This document shows, one piece after another, positions 25,437 to 37,719 of a stretch of 64,000 bases of DNA. Under the pieces are notes generated by a model. The model saw only the letters and a list, made by a program, of their open reading frames with translations. It ran no database searches and was not told the DNA's origin. The stretch is from Neodothiora populina (taxonomy: Eukaryota). Both the position numbers and the translations under genes were made by a program. The DNA lies in the NCBI RefSeq assembly GCF_041146345.1, contig NW_027191410.1, positions 1,240,001-1,304,000 of the forward strand, given 5' to 3'. The first letter of the stretch is position 1. Every line of letters begins with the position of its first letter.

Positions 25437-26441
25437 ATGGCTTCCGCCGCTGCGCCTCAAACGGCTCCTCAGCCAGCTTACCACGCGACACCGGGAAGCA
25501 TACTCCATGCCGATCGCAGCTTCTACGATGGCGTGGCTGCAGCTCCGCGCAAGTTGATACAGTCGTTTGTAGTCCCTCCTCGGTCGGGTAAAGCGTGGAA
25601 GGTACCCGCGGGCTGCATCGTCAGGTTCTCGACCCCAGAGGGCCCTCAGGTGGGTGACTTGGATATCTGGAATGCGTCGGATCCCAGAGAGAGACTCTGG
25701 GCTGCGAGGACCCGGCAGTTGCAAGCTACTCATGTGTCGGTATACGATAGACTTTGGAGCACTCTTCCATTCCTCAGACCGTTGGTGACCATCGTCGCGG
25801 ATTCCCTCAAGGACTATGGCGTCGATCAATGGGGTGGACGGTGCCATGACCTCCTGGGTATGTTTTCTGGGTAATTCGTCTGTATCACGCTAGGCCCCGG
25901 CTAACAAATTCCCAGGGACACGCTGCGACCCTTACGTAAATACCATGTTATCCGGTGATCAGTACAACTTCCACTGCCATTCGAACTTGACTAGAGCTGT
26001 AGCGCCTTTTGGCCTCACGTAGGTTTCTCGTTGTGAAACTGCTTTAGACAAAACTCTAACACTATTTCTGTTCTGTTTAGCGAGTTCGACGTTCACGATG
26101 TTATCAACATCTTCCAGGTCACAGGCTTGAACGAGGAAGGAAAGTACTTCATGGAGCCCAGTCCCGCAAAGAAGGACGACTACTTGGAGATGTTTGCGGA
26201 ACAACCGCTTCTCATGGCTCTATCGACTTGCCCCGGCGGGGACTTGTCTCTCTGGGGGTGGGGTGAGGGTGGTAGCGGTGAAGATGGACCCAAGAAAAGT
26301 ATGAAGGAATGCTGCCGACCTCTCAAGGTCGAAGTTTATTCTATCGCGGATGAGGAGACGCTCGATGGATGGAAGCAGATAGAATCTCCCGCGTATCGTG
26401 GACTTCATGGTATGGGCGTGCCGCTTGGAGAGGATGCGTAA
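25437..26441 (+). CDS. DUF1989 (urea carboxylase-associated family) protein; introns 25858-25915, 26019-26080
   Basis: Motifs EGPQVGDLDIWN, RLWSTLPFLRPL, CHDLLGTRCDPY, FHCHSNLTRA, DVHDVINIFQVTG, ALSTCPGGDLS; splice phases all fit. Confidence 0.9.
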
Positions 26442-27709
26442 GTTGGGTCGAGATGAATAGATCGTCGGTATCTGTCTTTCAATGATCTTCTGATGATCCT
26501 GTTCTCGCTGCCTATCAGCTATTTCACATGCATCGATGCACGTACACGCAGTACAAATAACCCCCGTTCGCTTGTGCCATTAAGGTTTTCCATGAAACAT
26601 GTTGTTCAACTGTATACCACAAAGATGGTTATGCATACTTTCTGCAAAAGTCTTGGGGGCTGTTTGGCGGCTGGTCATGTCAATCGTGATTTCTGCTCTT
26701 GATCAGCATCGACATAGTTGATGGCGTATATATATTTTAAGGTGTGAGTTCCGAGGTCATGTTGAGAAGCCACGCTATGATCGCACTAGAGCGAGCTTGC
26801 GTCCGCGACCATCGAAGAATTGTGCCGGATATCGTATATCGTAAATCACCAATTCTACAGTACATCGAAGAACACGCTTCGTCTACGCTGACCCACTCAC
26901 TATATGAGAGCCTTTTCGGTTCGTGTAGCGTCCCGCCTCTGGATCTGCAAAGGAAGCGCCCTCGGGGAACGACTTCCCCTTGACTGGATCTACAGGCCGA
27001 CTGATTGAAAGGGTATTAGGACTCTCCATTGTGCTGGTCTCTGCTTCGGCATCATTGGACGCGCCGAGGGTGTTGTTTCTGTTCCGCATTTCGGATTGGA
27101 TCTGTGGTTGGTCGCCAAGAGTACTCCAAGTTGCCCGAAGGATATCAGAGTGGACGACAGCGTGAAATGAATGGGCATCAAGTGGCGTTTTGCTGTTTAT
27201 GAATGGCATGACTCCAATCATTTTTACTTTTCATTTTTACTTTGATCTAGTTCTGGGGACAGTAATGTTACGTCGAGGTATATCTCTTTCCTGGTGATTG
27301 ATGTATCGCCGAATGTATATCGAAATAGTCTTTGAAGGAAAGAAACCGAGACAGTCGTGTGAATCCGAAGACAAGAACCCGAGTTGGTCACGTTATGCAG
27401 TGGTCGTTGACTAGAGTTGAGAGGACTCGTTAAGAGGACTCAGGTGTCTTCCGGCCTACCAAGACAAGATCCTTTTGCTGCGCGCTCGAAACACTTCCAC
27501 GCCCAGTTACGTCGTAAACTTCTGCACGTAGTCTTAGATGATGACAACCCTCACACTCGCGATTACGACTTTATGATCATTGACGGCCGGTAGCAGAGGA
27601 ATCATCACAGAAAGTAGTCTAGATATCAAGCAATACAAATATGTGATCGTTGGATTCGTGCGTATATACATAGAAGCCTCATCAGAAATCAGCAGAGGAA
27701 GAGGATGAC

Positions 27710-28444
27710 TCAAGTAGTAAAGTCTTTCTTAGGCGCATCTCCTCTCTCGTCACCCGTTCCGTATTTCCTGACCGCCTCCTTTTGCGCGCCCTTGTCCTTT
27801 TCGGGGCTTGACTTCATCGCTGTTCATGTGCTTGACCACGTTATCGGCTTGCCACTTCTTGAAGCTGAATCCAAGACCCTCGTGGCTGTAGTCTTTGTCG
27901 TTCGCTTGGTCTTTGTGGTACTTTACTTGGATGAAGTCTAAGTCGACGGTGGTTGGGTCGAGGGAGAGAGTGACGAGGGCGTTGATTGTTGCTGTCTTGG
28001 GGATCAGGCGGAATGTCCAGCTCTGAGTCGTGTTTTGTCAGTGTTGGTCGCTCTGCAATTGGTTATACAGGAGAATGGGAATGCTGACCTGCTCATTCTG
28101 GAATTGAATGACGTCCCTGTCGTTGACGACAATCTCGTATTTTTCGTTCTTACTCGCTTTGAACAGCTTCGGCAAGGCAAAACATTGTCCGGCCATCTTG
28201 TATCTGTCATTCGCGTAGACGAATTGATCGTCATACACACAGTTTGGAGTGTATCGCTCTACTCGACGGATCGTAGGCTCGCAGCTATAGAGAGCTATAT
28301 ATCGTCGACTAGGCTCTGTCGAGCGGGAGACAGAGGAAGAGACTTGGAGGGATCGGGGGTCATGTCTTCTGATGTCAGAGTCTGGCGGATCTCGAACGCT
28401 TCACCTGGAGCAGTGGGAGATGGCTTCTGGTCTTGAAAAGACAT
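27710..28444 (-). pseudogene. Frameshifted gene for an uncharacterised protein (possibly NTF2/SnoaL-like); intron 28088-28023
   Basis: MSFQDQKP...SLVDDI hits TAG at 28297-28295, but coding-like sequence continues in a shifted frame (IALYSCEPTIRRVERYTPNCVYDDQFVYANDRY). A second shift at about 27803-27806 leads to EKDKGAQKEAVRKYG...DAPKKDFTT*. Confidence 0.75.
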
Positions 28445-30028
28445 TCTGGTGGTGGCGATCGTGGTTAGATGCTTGAGGCTGGTCGGTTGATTGATGATGG
28501 ACAATATGAAGGATGATTTGCTGATATCGCTTGGCAATAGTGGACGATGTCTGAGGTAATTGTTTTGAAGCGGAGATTTTGCAAAGAGCGTATCTCGTTT
28601 AGATGGTTACGGAAAGAACAAAGAAAGTAGTGACATGCAACACTTTGTAATCGCTTACCTTACAGATCACATTACGGTAGTCTTCTGATATGCTTACCAC
28701 AAAAGTCTATGCCGTCATACACTTACAGGAGATATTCCCACTTGCTGGGCATGTGGAACGAACAGTTGACGTCTACGATAGGATAATCCCAAACGATCGG
28801 GACCGAGATGACCATACATGTACCAGAGATCGGATCAGATCAAATCGTAAGCATGATCGAGTTGTAGTCGATATGAGCCGAATCGATCTCGGTGTGGTCA
28901 TTGTGACGCGGTGAATCCTCCGAGACGGATGTGGGGGAGTCGGGGAAGAAGAATTCCCCCACAATCGGCTAATGAACGCCCCGCCCTTTTTTTTTTTTGG
29001 GATAAACTTACTGTACAGTATCTTAGGCATGCATGAAGTAGAGTGTATACTGTGATATCCGTCGATCTGACATCAATTGAATTGTGAGAGTCATTCTGTT
29101 GCGTTAAGCATGCCGCTCAGTCTTTGGTAGTTCGTCCCCTGCAACAGTAAAGTAAACACCGTCCTTTTGTTATGGAAAGTGCACAAACACTAAACCTGTA
29201 TGGCAGGAAACAAAGAGATTCTTACTCAACGGACAAGGTAACCTTCACATACAAAATAAAAACCCAGTAAATTACACTAAAATACACATATGTCACGGCC
29301 AGCTGAATCTCTCCTCTCTCCCCTCCGCCTTCTCGACCAACAAACTCCACTCTCCCACACGTTCTGCATACGTATGACAAAAGAGAGCGAAAGGATAACC
29401 CATTTTCACCCTTTCTCTTTCACGAGCTGTGAGAAGCGTCTGTGGGGAACAGCGCCATTTGTCTGCGCCTCGCTATTTTCTCTTGTGCTGTTTTCTCTTT
29501 TACTTTATAGCAGCCCCGAAAAGGTGTAAATTAAAGACCCACAGCTCCAGCGCTTTGCGAGAAAATCAAGAAAAAAAAATCAAGAAACAGAAAATATGGT
29601 ACTGCACATCGCGGGAGCCTTGCGGTCTGTTCTCCTCTTCTCCTCCTTCCTCTTTCTGTAGTTGTGTATGATGCCTCGGTATAGTATGTGGATACCAAGA
29701 ACGAGGCAGTGATGCTGTATGATGTTCTCACAGAACGGCATCCTCGATTGACCTGCTCCGTCACCAAGATCATACCACACTAAGTGCATAGCAGTCTGTG
29801 GAGAGTATATTGTTGATGCCTTCGCGGTCCACTCCACGCCCCCCTCATGTGTTGCCGTTGACCCCTCCCATTTCCTTGTCCTCTGTTCTTCGTTTTTTGT
29901 CGTCGTCCTCTTCGTGTTTACTTCGTTTTCATTCTCTTGCTTCTTCTTCCATGCTGGCACAAGGCTTGTATCAATGCCAGACGGACGAGAGTTAGGTGGT
30001 ACCGTTTGACAGGCCAAAGTAAAATCCA

Positions 30029-31849
30029 CTATTGCTTGATGGCATCGGCAAAGCTCTCGCCCTGCTTGACTTTGGCGGAGTCGACAGAGTCTCCGGCGTC
30101 GGCGGGGGCATCGAGCCAAGCAGTGCTGCTATCGGCAGTGCCGGCGGCCTTGTTCTTGTTCTTTCTCTTCCTGTTCTTCTTGCTGGGAGTCGAAGGAGCC
30201 TTGGAGTCGGAAGTGCTGGGTCGCTCGTCGGCACTCAGACCTTCCTCATCACCTCTGATCTCATCCTCGACCTCGGTCTTGATGGCCTTTGCCTCCCTTG
30301 TGATCTCGTCGACCTTCTCCGTGGCGGCATCCTTGACGTCCTCCTTGGTGTTGAGCGAGCGTCTCTTGAGTGCCTGCAGGTCTTTCTGTACCTCTTCGGA
30401 AAAGTCCTTGCTCTTGTTGCCGGCGAGCTTCTCGATGCCCTTCTCGGTAGCCTTGCCCATTTCTTCGACTTCTCTGTCAACGCCCTTGGCGGCTTCAACG
30501 GCGGCTCGCTCGGCCTTGTGTGCGCGGGACTGCTTGTGGCCCTTGGCTTTGCCGCGACCGGTGTATGCGCGCACGAAGAAGCGGACAAAGAGGGCGGTCA
30601 GAGGGGCGAGATAGATGAGGTTCAACCAGATGGCAAAGCTCTGACCGGTCGTGTCGATGCAATTGACGGTCGTGTATTCGTTTCTCCAGCGAGTCTCCTC
30701 GTGGTAGCGTTGCACAGCCTCCTCGGCGCCCTTGAGCAGCGCGTGCCCGGTGACGGGATCCCGCACGTTCTCGGCCACGCCCTCCTCGCCGGCGGCACGG
30801 AGCAGGAATCGCTTGAGCAGGGCTCCGTAAGCCTGCACAGGAGTCTCGACAGCGGAAGAGGCAGACGAAGCAACCTCGGCGACGCTTGAAGTAGCTGCCG
30901 ATGCAAGAGAAGCAATCGGGTGAACAATCTTGTACGCTGTTGCGACAGGGATGTCGTACTTGACGAAAAGATGGGTCGCGGCGAAAGTAGCTCCAAAGAG
31001 GAATTGAGTGATCTGCATCGTGGTGAGGGCGCGCTTGACCACCATAGGCACACGCACACCGAGAGCAGAAAGAGTAAAGTACGTGTACATCATGGTGTGG
31101 ATGGCCGAGTTGACCCAGACAAACATCCAGATAGGAGGAGACATGAAGCGGATGCCAGCCCACATGCACAGCATTGCGCCGGCATGATGGTAGGTCTGCA
31201 GAGTGGCGCTCCTCTTGCCCTTGGCGACGATGATGAAAGTGTCGAGGACCTCGTAGAACTTGCTGAGATAGAAGATCCAGCCCCAGAAGGCCAGTCCCTC
31301 GTTCCACATTCTGCCAACATCCGTGGGATCCGGAGTTCCCTCAGGCAAAATGGTAATCAGTGCGTTCTTGACCTCCCAGAGAGTAGTCGAGGCATTGTAA
31401 GTCACAGCATCGCCGAGACCGCGAGGACCATGGATCTTGCACAGAGCGTCTGCCACTCCGGCCAATCCGTTTTCATTGTCGAAACCGGGCCAGACGCGGT
31501 CCATGGCACGCGTCATGGCGGCGAAGGTGACACCTGAGTAGACAGCCAGGAAGATGTTGTGGAAAATCACAAAAGCCTTGAACACGCGCGTCTTTGCTAT
31601 CCACCACGGCTGGTTTCCATTGCGTCTGTTGTACGCGTTGACCAGAGTCACGCTGATGACGTACAGAGTGCCAATGGTTAGCGGCACGCGCACATCCAAC
31701 GCGCCATTGTAGACATCATAAGGAATGGCAAAGGGGGACTTGAAGGTGCTCTCGTCGTGCGGCGGTGGAAGAGCTGGTGGTATCGGATCCGGAGGGAATT
31801 TGAATAATGCTGGATCGGGAAGGCCCAGGTAGAAGGAAGGTGCGGACAT
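30029..31849 (-). CDS. GNS1/SUR4 (ELO) family fatty-acid elongase-like membrane protein (606 aa)
   Basis: FYLSKFYEVLDT, LQTYHH (variant of the HxxHH box), NSAIHTMMYTYF, LTTMQITQF; charged C-terminal tail. Confidence 0.9.
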   Translation of the reverse strand: MSAPSFYLGLPDPALFKFPPDPIPPALPPPHDESTFKSPFAIPYDVYNGALDVRVPLTIGTLYVISVTLVNAYNRRNGNQPWWIAKTRVFKAFVIFHNIFLAVYSGVTFAAMTRAMDRVWPGFDNENGLAGVADALCKIHGPRGLGDAVTYNASTTLWEVKNALITILPEGTPDPTDVGRMWNEGLAFWGWIFYLSKFYEVLDTFIIVAKGKRSATLQTYHHAGAMLCMWAGIRFMSPPIWMFVWVNSAIHTMMYTYFTLSALGVRVPMVVKRALTTMQITQFLFGATFAATHLFVKYDIPVATAYKIVHPIASLASAATSSVAEVASSASSAVETPVQAYGALLKRFLLRAAGEEGVAENVRDPVTGHALLKGAEEAVQRYHEETRWRNEYTTVNCIDTTGQSFAIWLNLIYLAPLTALFVRFFVRAYTGRGKAKGHKQSRAHKAERAAVEAAKGVDREVEEMGKATEKGIEKLAGNKSKDFSEEVQKDLQALKRRSLNTKEDVKDAATEKVDEITREAKAIKTEVEDEIRGDEEGLSADERPSTSDSKAPSTPSKKNRKRKNKNKAAGTADSSTAWLDAPADAGDSVDSAKVKQGESFADAIKQ

Positions 31850-33313
31850 TGTTGCGTGACGATGGGGCAGTCACCACTTTCTTTTCAGTAGAAAAAAGGA
31901 AACGGAAATGCGATTGACACGTCCTTGATCTCTCTTCTGTGTCTTTTTCTTTAACTTTGCGCTGGAGACGCGCCTTGGCTGCTGTTGAATGTTGAACGGG
32001 GTTAGGTTCGATAAATCAAGTTTGTGCCAACACTTTAGCAGCTCGGGTCCAATGACATGACAATGAGGAAAGAGCTGCGTTATCAGTCAATGACACTCGG
32101 TGACTAAGGAGAGCACTGAGGAATGTATTTTTGCTTACTATATCTTTGCTCTTCACTTGCTGCTTGGACTTGGACTTTTTAGTTATATCCACGTACAGTA
32201 CGTTGCAAAGGTTTCCCTCTTAGAAAATATTGCCAATGGAAAAAGGACGCGGCGGAAAGCAATATGCCCTGGAAATCCAAGCAGCGCGAAGCTCCTAGAC
32301 GCAATGACCTCACCGGAAGATCGCCAAGCCACCTTCCCGTTGAGGAAGACTTTCCGACCTGTCAAGCACCTTCTCCCATTATACCTTAAGGTATCTAAGG
32401 AACCTTACCTTTACACCATCATTTCATCCCAGTCACCCTGTGCACATCCAGTGAAGTCGTGTATGCATAACCGTCATGCGACTGCTCTATGATAAACATC
32501 TGTGCGTGACATGAGGGGGAATAAGACCAACATTGGGGGGTATCGTGAAATTGTGTAGGGGGTGTGCTAATGCCATGGGGGGTAAAGTGCTACGGAAAGG
32601 AAAGCCCGTCGTGTCCAGTCGTCCAGCATCTCCCTCTTCACACCAGACATCATCGTCCGATGCAAAGAGAAGAAAATAAAATAATGACTGTCGCTGCATC
32701 GACCAAACCTCCTCCTTACATGATTGTGCGTTACATGAATTGCTTCCTCTTCCTTCCGTCTCTCTGTATCTCTGTATCTCATCTTCTTCTCTTCCGTTGG
32801 CTTTCCATCTCCCGCCAATTTCCTTCCTCGGCCTGCTTCGTCATGCCATCTGTCGAAGGATCCTAGGCGTTCGAGCGATACAGGGAACTCGGTAGAAATG
32901 CTGGGTGGTGGTTTAATGCGCGCGTGATTTGTGGGGGGTTTGGGAGGTGAAGGGGAGGACTGCGTTGTTGTGAACGGCGGCTCCCCGGAATGGGCATGTG
33001 ACGTGTGACGTTGCCGCCATCCTTGCGCCGGCTTCGCCTGGAGCATCGAGGTGAAGCGGCGTCGTAGCGTCAAGTCGTCAGCGTCAATCGTCATCGAAAC
33101 TCGAAGCATGATCGACGTCGAAGCGCTCTGCCCACTCGAAGGTTGGACGTGGTAATTCGGCACGTCTGGAATGGGGCTGCCGGGGCACCCATGAGCCTTC
33201 TGCGAATCGAGCGCAGGGAAGAGATGTGTTCTTGTTCGTGGTCCCGCGTCGATCGGCCAGGGCATCTCATGGCACCACCGTCTGTTGAATGTCGTCAAGC
33301 ATCGAGGCCCTCT

Positions 33314-36245
33314 TTACATCTGCACGCCAGAAGCAGCGGCTTCAAAACAAGTAAGCTTCTCGGGAACAAAACATAAACAGCATTTCAGTCAAACAAGAAC
33401 TTACCAGCCTGGCGCTTGATCTGCTCGCGTGCCCAGCGAGCGGTGTCCTGTGTGCGCTGAGAGAACTCCTTGTTGGCACGCACGTCGCGAGCCATCGCCG
33501 TGAGCCAGTCTGCGCGGAAGTACTGGCTGTACTCTCCGTTGGGGAAGGCCTCGGACAAGTCACCAATCACACCCATGCAAGTCCTCAGAAGCGCCTCGGA
33601 CCTGTTAGGGTCGAGGTAGACGGTGTGGAGAAGCTCGAAGATGGAGTTGGCGTAAGGTGCGACGAGTTGGCTCTTGTTGCCAGACTTCATGGCGATCAGG
33701 GCACCAGACCAGGCGTCCATGATACCCTCGCGCAGGCTCACAACGTAGTCGAGCATCTCGTATGAGTTGTCAGGCACGGTGATGGTGGCTGCCTGCTGCA
33801 GGACCTGGGCGACAACGGAGAGGTACGTCTCGAAAGCACCACCAATGGCTTGTGCGATGTCGCCGAAGCACTGAAGGATGGCAGGCTTGAACTGGTTGCC
33901 AAGGGTGGAGCTGCGGAGGTCGTTGAGGAGGTGGTTCATGAGGGAGTCGCAGAAAGGCTGGACCTTCTCGTTCAGTGCTCTTGTGATGTCGCTGACGAGT
34001 CCAATAGCCATGGCGCAGATGGCTGGCTCCTCCTGGTTGGCGAGTGCGGCGTAGAGGAAAGGAGCGAAGGGCTCCATGTACTTGCCGAAGTCATCTTCGA
34101 CGGCACCGGAGAGCGCGCCGACACAGGCGAAGATGGTATCGGGCACACTGGACTTGGGTCCGACGCTGCCGAGAAGCTGAAGCATGAGCTGCATGATACG
34201 ATCAGCCTGGGGCTTGACCTCGGTCTCGAGTCGCTGGATGATGGCCATGACAACACTCGTCAAGCTGGTCTGAATCTCCTCAAGGGTCAGTCGGTCCTCG
34301 ACACTGACGACCTGAGCTTGCATGGGGATCGTGGCCTCGAGACGCTGGAGTACGACTTCGGACATTTGGGCGACAATAGGAAGAGAATCGTTGGCGGCGT
34401 TGGTGACAAAGGCGTTGATGACCTCGTAGGCGGCAGTACGGAGCTGGCTGTCCGTGTCGGCACGCTCGGTGACCTGGAGCAAGTGGCCGATACTGGCCTG
34501 GAAGTGGGGCGAGAGAGGGTTCTCCTGGCAGCCAGGCTCACCGGCGAATCTGTCGGCCAAGTTCATGAGAGCCCAGCAGCAAGAAGATGCCATCTTGGGG
34601 TGGCTTGACAAGCCCTGGAAGAGGGAGCGGATCAGGGGCTCGAGGTGAGTCGAGGGGTCGATCGACTCGGAGCAAGTCTCGCAGATACGACCGAGAGCAT
34701 AAGCAGCAGAGTCGCGGACCTGGATGTGAGAGTCTTCCATCATACCGATAAGCACGGGCAGGGCCTGCTTGACCAGAGGGTCGAGAACCTTTTCGTCAGG
34801 ACCCTCCATGATGGCGCCAAAGGCAGAGACGGCGGCATCTCTGTAGTGCCAGTCTTCGGCACGCAGGTGCTTCTCGACAAACTGTAGCACTGGAGGCACA
34901 ATGGTGCCGCCGACAGTCTGAGCCCAGAGCTGCAGACATTGGTAGGCGGCGCGAGAGATGTTGTATTCGTCGTCGGCAGCGTCCTCGTCCTGCTTGGAAA
35001 GGAGCTCGAGGAGAACGGGGACAACTTCGGGAGTGGCAATGCGGGCAAAGTTGAAGTATTCTCGGAGCTCGGTGGAACCTTCGGCTTGGGCCTTTTGGTG
35101 CACAAAGTAAGCAACAAGTCAACGAGCAGAAAGAAAGAAAATCAAAATACCTGGGAGTTGTCGTCCTCGATGGAAATCTCCTCCTCGCACACGGTGCACC
35201 AGAACTCAACGGCCAACTTGGCGACGTCTTCCTCCTCGTGCTTCATGCCCTGGATGGTCAGACCGAAGAGCGCCTTCTCCATGTAGAATCTCATCTTGTC
35301 GTAGTAGAGACCCATGATCCTGTTGAGACATCCATAAGATCCCTGCTGGATGCGCGTGTCCTCGGCCTGGGTGGCTTCGCAGATGACCTGCATGATGTAG
35401 TTGCGCTCTCCCTCGTTCTCGAAGTTCGTGCGGACAAACTCCAGCGAGTCACCCAGAGCAGTGATGGCGGCGTTTCGCACATCCTGGTTTGTCTCTTCCT
35501 TGCGAGCGCCCTGCACGACGGCCGTCAGGATTGCATTGGAGTGCTGCGACAAGCTGTCGCGGAGATCGATGTCTTCTGTCTCGCAGATGAAACCGATGGC
35601 AGTGAGAGAAGCTTGTTTCTGGTGGTCAGCGCCCTCGCCGACGTTCTGCACAAGCGTCGGCATGAGCTCCGGCCATTGTTCGCGAGGAAGCTCGATTGCT
35701 GCGATCGACGAGATGAACTGTGCCGCCGACTGACCGGCTCTGGCGTCATTCGACTTGAGTGTTGTGAGGGCAAGCTGCTTGATGGCTTGCTTGGTGTTTG
35801 TGTCGACCGAGTTTAACCAGCGTCCCTGCACCTCCCGTAGCCGAGTGTATTCACGAGCAGAGAACGAGTTCTTCAGCGCCAGACCTGCCGCCACTCGCAC
35901 CTGTGCTTGCGCTCCTTCATTTGCGAGTTCCTGTGAAAGACGGCTGAGGTAGCCAGACTAGAGAAAACAAAAAGTCAGCACGTGACCGAGGACAAGTGAC
36001 ATCGCTCCTTCCTGATTCAGAGCAAAGGCACTCGACGAGTTCAGGGAGTTGCAGTCGCAGTTGCACATTCAGACAAAATACATACAAAGTCAGCCTCTGC
36101 GGCCTGGGTGAGTTGCTGCTCAGCAGCAGTTCTCGTTTGCGCATCTGTACAAAACAAAAGGCGTCAGTCGGGGCAGAAACACACAAGCTGGGGCCGGAAA
36201 CCTACTGGCATCGAGAGTCCCCAAAAGCACCGCTTGAACATCCAT
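33314..36245 (-). CDS. KAP95: Importin subunit beta-1; introns 36205-36145, 36085-35958, 35150-35092, 33404-33340
   Basis: Spliced N-terminus MDVQAVLLGTLDANAQTRTAAEQQLTQAAEADF; AAGLALKNS; HEAT repeats; FENEGERNYIMQVICEAT; AVEFWCTVCEEE; acidic loop QDEDAADDEYN. The last short exon AAASGVQM* is less certain. Confidence 0.95.
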
Positions 36246-37719
36246 ATTGAACGTCTCGGGCAGAAAAACCAGATTAAGCGTAGTCTAGAGAAAAGAAAAG
36301 AGCCGGAGTATTGCACCGGGGAAAAGAAAAAAGAGATAGAGAGTGTGTGTGTCCAAGAGAAGGAAGCAAAGATTTGTTGATGTTATTGAGAAGTCGGGAA
36401 AGATGACTTGTCGTCGTTCAGGAGAGCGAGAGAGCTTTTTGTCACTGAGTCCGCAGGGTCGGAATGAAGCGAAGTGGGACACAGGGTCCGTGTGGTCTTT
36501 GCATCTACCGTACTGTATGTCCTGTCTGCTCTGTTCTCCAATAATTATATGAATTATCACAATAGAATGAAAGATTCGGTTGACGCTTAATTACTCGTTT
36601 CCCCGCAGCTTTTGTTCTTATGATGGCTGATTCGTTGGTGAATATTAGATCTGACCGCGAGAACAGCAGCGACAGCAGCAGCACAGCAAGCCAAGGGCAG
36701 AGATAGCGTTTCGCTGCTGCTTGGTACAGAGAGACAGTCTTGGGCGATGATTGGGCCACCACCGGCACCAAAACAGCTGCAAAAGTGGACAAAAACCAAC
36801 CGGGACGTGGGAACACACCCTGGATTTGGCCAATCCCTACGTCACTCCGTTCTTGATTCTCTTGCTGGCCCCGCCAAGATTGACAAAAGTAAGTGCAGCA
36901 CCAACGGCTTATGTGGAGTTGCTGAGCTACCGCTGACCTGCATTATTGAGTTTGTGGGAGGAGCAAGCTACAGAGGTGCAGCTCTGAAACATATGATCAT
37001 CGGCTTGGATATATCAATAAAGTGGCTTTTATTTTCATGTACAGTAGTGAAGACACTCCATATTTTGCTTCTACTCTTTCATTTTTCCTCTATTTGAATA
37101 GCAGACTTTACATATCCTTCTTCTCATGTGGTGCCCGATTCCTTCGGTATGGGTTGCGCCAAGGCGAAAAAGTAAACAGAGGCCCGCATTTCTCGCACAG
37201 ACGACAAACAAAAGGAAATGGTCCCTTAACTCCACCGGAGCAACACACTCCCTCGTGGGCTTCCATGTCTTCTCTGGCCTTCTACAGAGAGACGGGCTTT
37301 GCTTATCGTCTTGTTCTGATGGATGTTCTTTGTCCATGAAGCAGGCAGGCATCGTATACTTAGCTGCCATGTTTGCATCCAAGTAGGCACATTACAGTAA
37401 GGTGGGAAATTTTGCGTTGCCTAGGTGCCCACCCCACATGAACTTGACAGCCCTATAGTAATTGACATGATATTCTACATCCCTCCTCGTATTGCAGCAC
37501 ATGTATCTCTCTCTATATTCTGAAGACACTGTGAAATTGTGTGGACGGCTGATGGTTGTAGTCTTAGCCAAAGCTGAAGTGGGAAATCGTACATAAATCT
37601 GTCTAGCAGTGGCGTCAAAGCGACCGTTTCCCTGGTCTATATAGCTCTCTCGAACATACTGTGAGGTAGGGTATGTATGAAAATGCCGAACCCACGTGCT
37701 CAGTATATCTATCTCCATT

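Noticed and set aside
36505..37382. Short ORFs and a GTAAGT...GCTGAC intron-like signal upstream of importin beta
   Set aside because: No coherent gene model or family motif; probably promoter or UTR sequence.
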